From positions 1-27,511 of the forward strand of contig JAGLDW010000576.1 in NCBI GenBank assembly GCA_023145395.1: DNA of 27,511 nt, given 5' to 3'. This document shows, piece after piece, positions 14,924 to 27,413 of this stretch; the stretch's first letter is position 1; each line of letters begins with the position of its first letter. Source of the stretch: Lentisphaeria bacterium. GTDB lineage: Bacteria; Verrucomicrobiota; Lentisphaeria; Oligosphaerales; Lenti-02. Both the position numbers and the translations under genes were made by a program. The notes beneath the pieces are model-generated. The model was not told where the DNA came from. It worked only from the letters and a program-made list of their open reading frames with translations, and ran no database searches.

Positions 14924-16246
14924 ATGAGTGATTTCCCCTGGACATTTTGGTCTGGCCTCGCAGCCTACTGCGTATCGATCGGCTTCTCGGCAACGTTAAT
15001 CGCGTTGTCGAACCTGAGCGGGGGGCGGGTGAGGAAGCTCGAGGCGGACGACCGCGAACTGGCCGCCAAACTCGACTCATGGCTGAATCGACGTGGTGAG
15101 TACCGAGCATTTCTGCGCCTGCTGCTGATTGGCATCTATGTGTTCATCGTGTTCTGCGCTGCGGACGTGCGCCATGCCTGTGCCGAGGTGATTGAGCCGC
15201 TGCACATTGGACTGGCCGTTTTCTGCGTCGTGCTTCTCTTCTTTGTTCTGACAGAGGTGCTGGGACGGCACCAGACGCTGCGGGGGAGTGCAACGTTTCT
15301 CTGCCGGGCAATGCCCCTGGTGCAGCTTCTGAGTCGGTGTCTTTTCGTCGTCTCCTGGATTGTGTTTTTTTGTCATCGCAAGGGCATCGACTGGCGGGAG
15401 GAGCGTTCCGACGAGGGCGGTGCCACGGCCGAGGACGAAATCATGTCTCTTGTCGAGTACGATGCAGATGCATCCGAGGGTGATCCGTCACTTGAGGAAG
15501 ACGAGAGACGGATGATTCAGGGCGTGTTTCATCTTGACGAGAAACTTGTAGACGAAATCATGACCCCGAGGGTCGATGTGAACGCCCTTCCAGACACCGC
15601 CACGGTCGTGGAAGTGCGGGCGGAAATCGTTCGTTCGGGGCACAGCCGTTTGCCAGTGTATGCTGAGACCATTGATCACGTCACCGGAGTGGTCTATGCA
15701 AAGGACCTGCTGGACGAAGTGCGCTTGGCTGGGATTCACTCGGTCGGAGAAATCTCCCATCGTCCCGTTTTCGTTCCAGAAACGAAGAATATTGGTGATT
15801 TGCTGGAGGAGTTTCAACGGGATCGAAACCATTTTGCGGTCGTGCTTGACGAGTACGGCGGCACAGCGGGGATTGTCAGTTTTGAGGACATACTTGAGGA
15901 GATAGTGGGGGAGATTCAGGACGAATACGATGCTGACGAAGTACATCCGACCACGGAAGTCTTGCCCGATGGCACATCGGTGGTTGACGCGCGTATGACC
16001 ATCGACGAGCTGAACGAGGTGCTTCGTACGGAGCTTCCCGAGGACGATGACTACGACACGCTTGGTGGCTATATTTCCGCGGCTGCGGGGCGTATCCCGA
16101 TCGTAGGCGAGGTGGTTGAAACAGAACATCTTGTGGTCGAAGTGCTCGAGGCGGACCTTCGCCGTGTGCTCAAGGCCAAGGTGAGCAGGCGTGCATTGGG
16201 CGCTCCGTCTGGTGGCCAGGGCTCGGGGGGCGAGGATGATGACTAG
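14924..16246 (+). CDS. Hemolysin/CorC-CNNM family protein (TM region, CBS pair, CorC_HlyC domain)
   Basis: E..MI.GVF.L....V.EIMTPR, SGHSRLPVY, DEYGGTAGIVSFEDILEEIVGEIQDEYD and YDTLGG; position after ybeY is typical. Confidence 0.93.
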   Translation: MSDFPWTFWSGLAAYCVSIGFSATLIALSNLSGGRVRKLEADDRELAAKLDSWLNRRGEYRAFLRLLLIGIYVFIVFCAADVRHACAEVIEPLHIGLAVFCVVLLFFVLTEVLGRHQTLRGSATFLCRAMPLVQLLSRCLFVVSWIVFFCHRKGIDWREERSDEGGATAEDEIMSLVEYDADASEGDPSLEEDERRMIQGVFHLDEKLVDEIMTPRVDVNALPDTATVVEVRAEIVRSGHSRLPVYAETIDHVTGVVYAKDLLDEVRLAGIHSVGEISHRPVFVPETKNIGDLLEEFQRDRNHFAVVLDEYGGTAGIVSFEDILEEIVGEIQDEYDADEVHPTTEVLPDGTSVVDARMTIDELNEVLRTELPEDDDYDTLGGYISAAAGRIPIVGEVVETEHLVVEVLEADLRRVLKAKVSRRALGAPSGGQGSGGEDDD

Positions 16247-16344
16247 CTTCCGACGTTTCCGTACTTCCGCTTTCTCTCTCAGTGTGTGTTTGCTGCTGTC
16301 CCATGTGCCCTTGCCACGTGTCGATTCGGCAGGAGAGGCACAGG

Positions 16345-17739
16345 ATGTCTGAAGTCTGGCAATCGATGTGTGCCGTTCTCGGGATTTTTGCTCTTGAGAG
16401 AGTCGTGAGCATCTGCGCCACACGCAGCGAGAAGGGGCGTGCGTGGATTTGCCGATGCCGTTCCCTACGTCCCGATGTGATCTCGATTGCGCGTATGCCG
16501 ATGGGGCTGGTTAGTGTCGCATTGGCGTCTCTGGGACACTGGACACTGGCTATCTTGTGGTTCTCAGTGTGGATGTTCATGGGGCTGACCTGCGCCAGTA
16601 TATCGAGGAAGTGCGGGTTGGGCACGGACAGGGGCGGCTGGCTCTCCGCTCTAAGTGACAAATGTCTGTATTTTCCACTTTTCATCTATTTTTCCTGGTC
16701 GGACACGTTGACCACACCTCTACCCGCCTTCTGGGTGGCGAGCTTCCTGGCTGCCGACACTGCGGGACAGGCGTTGCGGCTGGTCGGGCGCAAGAAGGGC
16801 GTCAACTACTTTGGCAAGGCAAAGACGGCTCTCTCTGTGATCCTGCTCCTGCTCATTGCAGTTGACCGTCTTCACGACATTCCCACCATGTCTCCCAAGT
16901 TTGTCGTCCTGCTGACGATAAGCTGCGCGATTCTCGCGTTCATGTCCGTGTTCTGCAAGGTGGTTCCCGACGTTTGGTATGCAAACTCGCTGACGTTGGC
17001 CAATCTTCTCTGTGGGCTCGCCTCCATCTGGTCCGTGCAGCAGGGCTTCCTGCTACGTGCATTTGTGCTCGTGTTCGTTGGCCAGTTTTTCGACCTGTTT
17101 GATGGTCGTATGGCCAGGAAATACGGTTCGACACGACATGGCCCGATCTTCGACGACATTGCCGATGGCACGAGTTTTGGGTTTGGCATCGGCTTCTTGA
17201 TCTACGGCTCTCTCTGCCTGTCCATACCCCGCTTTCTCGCCGCTCTTCTCGCCTTGGGCTATATCGTCTGCATTGTTTTCCGCCTGTACCGTTTTCTGAA
17301 CTCGGAAGCAAAATTTCCCCCGGGTGTGTTTCAGGGCATGCCAGCGCCGGCGGGCGCCATGCTGGGCGGTTCGGCTGCGTTGTTGTTTGCCCCATCGTAT
17401 CCATGGGTCGCGGTGGTGTTGGTGATTGCCACCACATTTCTACTGGTGTCGAGCATTCCCTATCGCCATTTTGGGCAGCGAATCTGGCCGGACCTCCCGC
17501 GGCCGATGAAACTGCTCGTTTTCATCCTCTTTCTCGTGTTCATCAATGTGACACTTGCGAATCGTACTCACTCGCTGCCTTTCCGCCTGTACTGTTTCGT
17601 GATGTCCGCGATCTACGGCGTGTTCGGTGTGGATTGGCGGGGCATTTGCGGGAAGGGGTGTACGGATGAGGAGATGGAGGATGACTCCCTCTCCATCGAA
17701 GGTGGGGATGAGGACGAGAGCTTTGGCGTGGAAGTGTGA
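16345..17739 (+). CDS. Tandem two-domain CDP-alcohol phosphatidyltransferase: degenerate PgsA-like N-domain plus intact PssA-like C-domain
   Basis: The C-domain has ANSLTLAN, DLFDGRMAR...G..FDDIAD and FQGMPAPAGA. The N-domain has PD.IS.AR...R...G.WL....DK and GK.KT. Start set at ATG 16345 after SD AGGAGAGG. Confidence 0.85.
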   Translation: MSEVWQSMCAVLGIFALERVVSICATRSEKGRAWICRCRSLRPDVISIARMPMGLVSVALASLGHWTLAILWFSVWMFMGLTCASISRKCGLGTDRGGWLSALSDKCLYFPLFIYFSWSDTLTTPLPAFWVASFLAADTAGQALRLVGRKKGVNYFGKAKTALSVILLLLIAVDRLHDIPTMSPKFVVLLTISCAILAFMSVFCKVVPDVWYANSLTLANLLCGLASIWSVQQGFLLRAFVLVFVGQFFDLFDGRMARKYGSTRHGPIFDDIADGTSFGFGIGFLIYGSLCLSIPRFLAALLALGYIVCIVFRLYRFLNSEAKFPPGVFQGMPAPAGAMLGGSAALLFAPSYPWVAVVLVIATTFLLVSSIPYRHFGQRIWPDLPRPMKLLVFILFLVFINVTLANRTHSLPFRLYCFVMSAIYGVFGVDWRGICGKGCTDEEMEDDSLSIEGGDEDESFGVEV

Positions 17740-17793
17740 CGGTGAACGCACGCCACCTGCCCAGTTACGACTTTTCGGGAGGCAGCGGAACCG

Positions 17794-19216
17794 CTAATCA
17801 CGCTTGAGCCAGGCGTCGATGTCGAATGCGGCGCGTCGCGCATCGGCCATCACGTGCACGACAAGGCTTTGTCCACTGGCCATGTCGCCGGCGCTGAACA
17901 CCCCGCTAGCACTGGTCATGTGTCTGTCATCAGTGTCAATGCCCCCCGTCGGCGTCCAGGCGATTTCAAGATCGTCAAACATTGGGTTTGCAGTCGGCCC
18001 GACAAAGCCCATGGCCAGCAGAACAAGCTGGGCTTCCATCTCGAACTCTGTGCCTTTTTTGGGGATGAAGTTTGGGCGCCCACCATCGAAGGAGGCATCG
18101 ATCTCCACACAGTGCACGCTGGCGAGATTCCCGACTTCATCGCCACCAAATTCGGTGGCAGAGACTTGCCAGAGCCTCCAGGCGCCCTCCTCATGGCTGC
18201 TGGTGGTCTTCAGCTTCAGCGGCCACTCGGGCCAAGGCATGCTTTCCGTACGCTCTTCCGGGGGTTTGGGCATGATCTCGAGCTGAGTGACCGACGTGGC
18301 GCCTTGTCGATTGGCCGTGCCGACACAGTCGGATCCCGTATCGCCGCCGCCGATGACTACCACCGATTTTCCCTCGGCGCTGATGTTCTTTTCGGGGGGT
18401 ACGGTCTCGCCGCAGAGCAACTGGTTCTGGCATATCAGGTAGTCCATGGCAAAGTGGACGCCGTTGAGGCCATTCCCCGGGATGTTCAGGCTCCGAGGCG
18501 TACGCGCTCCGCCGGTGAGACAGATAGCGCCGAATCTCCCTTCGAGGTAGTGGTGGGAGATGTCCACTCCCACGGTGACACCCATCTCGAAGAGCACTCC
18601 TTCTGCCTCCATGAGCTTGATACGCCGATCAACGACCCATTTCTCAAGCTTGAAATCGGGGATTCCATACCGGAGGATGCCGCCTGGCTTCTGCGCCTCG
18701 TCGAAGACTGTGACAGTATGCCCCATCTTGTTAAGCGTGTCGGCAACGGCCAAGCCGGCTGGGCCAGAACCGCTCACAGCGATGCTCCAGCCTGTTCGCT
18801 CCTGCGGAGGATTGGGCTGGATGTAGCCGCGCTCGAAGCCCTTTTCGATGATGGCCTTCTCGATCTGCCGGATGGCCACGGGTTGCCCGTTGGACAGTTC
18901 CAGCACGCAGGAAGCCTCGCACAGAGCTGGGCACACGCGCGAAGTGAACTCTGGGAAACTGCTTGTGGACAGCAGGATGTCCAACGCTTCCCGCCATTTG
19001 CCGCGGTAGGCTAGATCGTTGAACTCCGGAATCATGTTGCCGAGGGGGCACCCCGTGCCGTGGCAGAAGGGGATACCGCAGTGCATGCAGCGCGCCGCCT
19101 GCTCGTGCAACTCCACCGGGGAGAAGCTCTTTTCGACGGCGTGGAAATCCTTGATCCGGTCCGCCTTTGGGCGGTAGCCCGGATCTTTCCTGTCAAACTC
19201 GAGGAAACCGCCCGTC

Positions 19217-19224
<8 letters not shown>
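17794..19224 (-). CDS. gltD: Glutamate synthase small (beta) subunit
   Basis: Fe-S motif [48 protein letters not shown] and F.AGD...GQSLVV. Confidence 0.97.
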
Positions 19225-23773
<4,549 letters not shown>

Positions 23774-23919
23774 GCATCGTATCCTCACTATGTCCATCGC
23801 ATTCGCTCGGGGTTGCTCTACGGAAGATCGCCAGATCCCCGCGTTTGGGATTCGTCGGCGTACCTGCAAGAGGTCCGCTGGAGCAAATGCTTCGGAACCA
23901 CATAGGTCACAAACCCACA

Positions 23920-23948
23920 AATATAGCAGATTTACCCGTCGCCGTCAG
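23920..23948 (-). promoter_or_regulatory. Candidate sigma70-type promoter for gltBD
   Basis: On the minus strand: CTGACG, 17-nt spacer ending TGC, TATATT (extended -10 TGn). Confidence 0.55.
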
Positions 23949-24066
23949 GCCTAGACACGATGCATTGTGCTCTTCAGGTAGATGAAATGTGCGTTTCTAA
24001 CGCGGTCTGTCACTTGGTAGGCAACTGCGTCGTTTCCGAAGATCGGTGCTCCGCGCCAGCGGCGGC

Positions 24067-24190
24067 CACCGTTTCCGGGCACGGAGAGCCGGGCGCTTCG
24101 TCCGGCGCGTGCCCGGAAACAGTGAAGTGGGGTCCGGGGAGTGCTTCGCATTCCTCGGCGGGGCTCGGGGCAGAGCCCCGTTTTCATTTC
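24067..24190 (+). repeat. Cluster of three adjacent GC-rich hairpins (REP-like element or structured RNA)
   Basis: Perfect 13-bp arms at 24071-24083 and 24108-24120; 11-bp stem at 24134-24158; perfect 8-bp stem at 24159-24179 followed by TTTTCATTT. Confidence 0.75.
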
Positions 24191-25773
24191 TTCCTGGCCT
24201 TTTTGAAGCCAATCACGCGCACCGCTTTCGGCGATACATCGAGGCGTGTGGCGCGGATGCTTGAGCCTGCGCCTTCCTCATAGTACACGCACAGAGTCGA
24301 GCCATCTTTCAGGTTTACCAAGCTCGGATAGGCGCCTCCCACCCGGTCGATGAGCACTGGCCCTTGCCACGTTTTCGCCTCGTCGGTGGAGTAGTGCAGG
24401 CTGGTCGAGGGAATGCGGTGTGCGAGGAGGATCACGTCGTCGGCGGCGCGCAGGAAGTAGGGACAATGCCCTCCGAACCCGAACGACACGGCTGGAGTCC
24501 AGGACAGACCTTGGTCTTCAGAGCGACTCCAAGCCATCTGCTTGCGTCCACGCAGCGCAGCGAAGATCTGCCCATTCTTCAGTTCGATCACATCCGTCTC
24601 CGCATCCAGGCGCATGCCATTCGAGTCGATGTCCGCCGGCTTCGCCCATGTCTTTCCCCCGTCTGTCGAACGGATGACTGCGCCCCAGGCGGCTCCCCCG
24701 CTGGGTTTGTAGAGCCCAAGCAATAGCGTCCCGTCGTCGAGTTCACGCACGGGAGCGGACACGTAGTAGCCGGGCGCCAGTTCGCGGGGTTTGCTCCAAG
24801 TCCTGCCCACATCGTGGGACTCGATGAGCATGGGGCCTCGCCAGCCAGGCTTGTCGTGGGTCTTGTGACAGAAGAAGGTGAGCATAATTCGGCCGTCTCG
24901 GAGTTGTGTGATGTGCGGGTCCCGGTCGTCATGGGGCCCGTCGAAGACCACGAATGGCTTGCTCCATGTGCGTCCTTCGTCCATCGAAAACGCACCTGAG
25001 ACTCTCCCTCCGGACGGGCAGGCGGCACGGGGAATCGAGACATGTCCGTAGCCATCGTAGAAGACGGCGAGGATGCGCCCGTCCGCCAGACGCGCCGCAT
25101 CGGGGAACGCCTCGTATCCACCGTTGCCAGCGTCCTCGCAGACCATCACCCAGTGCTTGGGCCGTTCGCGCCAGGACCAGGAGGCGGCTTCGACGACACG
25201 GCCCGAGACCACGATGTCCGTGACCTTCGCACGCGCCTGACTCACATAGAAACCTACACGTCCGGGAGTCAAAGTGGGACTGTTTTTCTCGTATAGTTTT
25301 CTTCCGTTGAGCCACACTTCGATCGTCTTTCCCCGGCACACCAGTTTTGCCGTGTGACGTTTTCCCTCCGGTTTGTCCAAGCCACTCCGTCGCCCGATTT
25401 CGCTCCAGAACGATTTGTCGTTGGACTGGCAGAGAATGGCCTGGGCGTGATCGTAGTGGACGTAGTGAAAGTTGAGCGAGTCCCGGGCACCGACGACAAA
25501 GCCGAGCGCGTGCACCCCTTTGCCTGCGGGATCGATTTGGAAGGACGCGGAAAGCGTCACATCGGCTAGTGCGGGTGTCTTGAGAAAGGCGAAGGCTTGT
25601 CCCTTGCCGAACTTCTCCAAGCCCAGACCTTCGCGGGAGAACGTGACTTTTTCGGAACGGAAGTCCCACTGCTGTGCCGCCTCTGGCACGGTTGCGTCAG
25701 GACGCCATTCCTCCGCGCGGATTCCGCAGAGAGGCGTCAGGCAAAGCAGGGCGGTCAGAATGGCAGTTCTCAT
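24184..25773 (-). CDS. Secreted BNR/Asp-box (sialidase-like) beta-propeller protein with an N-terminal lectin/DUF1080-like beta-sandwich
   Basis: Signal peptide MRTAILTALLCLTPLCGIRA; five Asp boxes (SMDEGRTW, SHDVGRTW, STDGGKTW, SEDQGLSW, STDEAKTW); SD AGGAG. Substrate unknown. Confidence 0.88.
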   Translation of the reverse strand: MRTAILTALLCLTPLCGIRAEEWRPDATVPEAAQQWDFRSEKVTFSREGLGLEKFGKGQAFAFLKTPALADVTLSASFQIDPAGKGVHALGFVVGARDSLNFHYVHYDHAQAILCQSNDKSFWSEIGRRSGLDKPEGKRHTAKLVCRGKTIEVWLNGRKLYEKNSPTLTPGRVGFYVSQARAKVTDIVVSGRVVEAASWSWRERPKHWVMVCEDAGNGGYEAFPDAARLADGRILAVFYDGYGHVSIPRAACPSGGRVSGAFSMDEGRTWSKPFVVFDGPHDDRDPHITQLRDGRIMLTFFCHKTHDKPGWRGPMLIESHDVGRTWSKPRELAPGYYVSAPVRELDDGTLLLGLYKPSGGAAWGAVIRSTDGGKTWAKPADIDSNGMRLDAETDVIELKNGQIFAALRGRKQMAWSRSEDQGLSWTPAVSFGFGGHCPYFLRAADDVILLAHRIPSTSLHYSTDEAKTWQGPVLIDRVGGAYPSLVNLKDGSTLCVYYEEGAGSSIRATRLDVSPKAVRVIGFKKARKK

Positions 25774-25783
25774 GGCAGTTCTC
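25760..25783. repeat. Exact 12-bp tandem duplication (ATGGCAGTTCTC x2) spanning the start codon of the Asp-box gene
   Basis: Read directly: copies at 25760-25771 and 25772-25783. Confidence 0.85.
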
Positions 25784-25804
25784 TCCTGGCTTCTCGTTTC
25801 GGAC

Positions 25805-27274
25805 TCATAGGCCAAGTCGGGCGAATTGGCATTCCGGCGCATCGTGCCGGGTCAGCAGCTCTCGCATCTTGCGCGCGAGCTGGTCTTCAAGCGTCGCATT
25901 GTGTATGGGAGTGTTCTGGTCTGCATCGACCTGTAGGCTGTGGATGGGGTTGTAGTCCGGCGCGTTTTTGTGCCGGCTGGACGCGCGGGCGATGCGGAAG
26001 TGTGGAACCCCATGGGTGGTCGGCAGGAAGACCCCAGTCTCGGCCTGGGCGAGGGTCTGCCTGTCGATGAAGTCGGAGTAACTGCGGGGCATGGCTGTGT
26101 GGTGGTGCACGGTCGCTCCCGGAACAGGTTGTCGGCAGTAGGTGTGTTTGCCATCCGTCAGGTTCACGTCCTTGCCGAAATAACCGAAGAGAACAGCATC
26201 GTGGTGGGGCTCGCAGTCGTCGAGAAGATGACGCAAGGACACGCCGCGGACATGTCTCGGGGGCGTGGCGTCATGCAGGTCGAGGAAGGTTGGCATGAGG
26301 TCGATGGTCGTGGTCATCGACTGCACCCGCGCACCCGCGTTGGAGGCTTGCGGTGCGCAGACGACGAGGGGGATCCGCGCGAGTTCGTTGTACACCATCA
26401 TGTAGTTCTTGGCCCAGTAGCCGTGCTCTCCGAGAAGGTGCCCATGGTCGGTGGTCAGCACCACGACCGTGTCCTCCCACATGTCGTATTCATCCATTTT
26501 CGCCAGGAACTTTCCCAGCCAGACATCGGCCATGGTGAGGGCGCCCGCATAGCTCTTGCGGATGTGCGCCACCGTCTCCGGATCGTCTTGCTCCGGGTCC
26601 AGTTCGGCGTAGTCCGGCGAGTTGTAGAAGTAGCGGTCCCAGGTGTCGTCGTACATCTCCCGATAGCGGTCCGGGCAGTCGAAGGGCTCATGGGGGTCGA
26701 AAACTTCCAGGTGCAGATGCCAGTCGTCCGCAGTGTGGTTGTTGTCGAGAAACTCCATGGCGCGGGCAAAACAGCGAGGAGTCGGATAATCCAGATCCTC
26801 TTGTGGATTGCGGAACTCGCGATTAACCCAGTAGGCGCGGCGAGCTCTGCTTCTGCCACGGGCGCCTGCGGGCGCCTGCGGGGCATCCACGAGCGCGTGC
26901 CACACATCCCCCTCTTGGCCCCGCTCGAACTCCCAGGTGTCGAAAAGTGTGTGATAGGCCTCTCCCCCGCTGTGGAAGTAGTGGTAGTGATCGGTGATGA
27001 GGTGGCTGTAGACGCCTTGTTGGGTGCGCAGTTCGGTTGGCAGGCACTCGTCCCAGGGCTCGATGGGACCCCAGGGCGTCTCGAGGAAGTTGAGTCGGCC
27101 CGTCATCAACTCCCGGCGCGCCGGCATGCAGGGCAGGGAGCCACACCAGTGGTTGTCGAAGACCACACCTTGCGTTGCCAACCGGTCGATACTGGGCGTC
27201 TGCATCATGTCGCCGCCATAGGTGCGTAGGTGATGGCGGTTCAGAGAGTCCATGAGGATGAAAATTGTGCGCAT
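25805..27274 (-). CDS. Cys-type (formylglycine-dependent) sulfatase, no signal peptide
   Basis: IFILMDSL, TPSID.LA..G..F.N, CMPARRELMTGR (CxPxR), FDPHEPF and TTDHG..LGEHG. Start set at MRTIF (27274). Confidence 0.95.
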   Translation of the reverse strand: MRTIFILMDSLNRHHLRTYGGDMMQTPSIDRLATQGVVFDNHWCGSLPCMPARRELMTGRLNFLETPWGPIEPWDECLPTELRTQQGVYSHLITDHYHYFHSGGEAYHTLFDTWEFERGQEGDVWHALVDAPQAPAGARGRSRARRAYWVNREFRNPQEDLDYPTPRCFARAMEFLDNNHTADDWHLHLEVFDPHEPFDCPDRYREMYDDTWDRYFYNSPDYAELDPEQDDPETVAHIRKSYAGALTMADVWLGKFLAKMDEYDMWEDTVVVLTTDHGHLLGEHGYWAKNYMMVYNELARIPLVVCAPQASNAGARVQSMTTTIDLMPTFLDLHDATPPRHVRGVSLRHLLDDCEPHHDAVLFGYFGKDVNLTDGKHTYCRQPVPGATVHHHTAMPRSYSDFIDRQTLAQAETGVFLPTTHGVPHFRIARASSRHKNAPDYNPIHSLQVDADQNTPIHNATLEDQLARKMRELLTRHDAPECQFARLGL

Positions 27275-27357
27275 GGAGACTGCTCTTTGTTTTGAGGCGG
27301 ATGCTGGGAAGAATGAATGTATGTGCCCCTTGGGTGAAACGCGAGTTTCCGCGCAGG

Positions 27358-27378
27358 TGCTATAGTAATGCCATAGCA
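27358..27378. promoter_or_regulatory. Inverted repeat TGCTAT-N9-ATAGCA overlapping an extended -10 (TGC-TATAGT) facing oppB
   Basis: Read directly in the 139-bp divergent intergenic region. Confidence 0.5.
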
Positions 27379-27413
27379 TCCACACTCCATCGTCAAGCAA
27401 TGCTGTTAGGACT

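Noticed and set aside
16282-16344. Cys-rich N-terminus MCVCCCPMCPCH as a possible metal-binding peptide
   Set aside because: It arises from a TG-rich spacer upstream of the SD-supported ATG at 16345 and is probably not translated.
26861-26880. 10-bp tandem repeat GGCGCCTGCG x2 in the sulfatase
   Set aside because: Only two GC-rich copies in a variable loop, with the reading frame intact.
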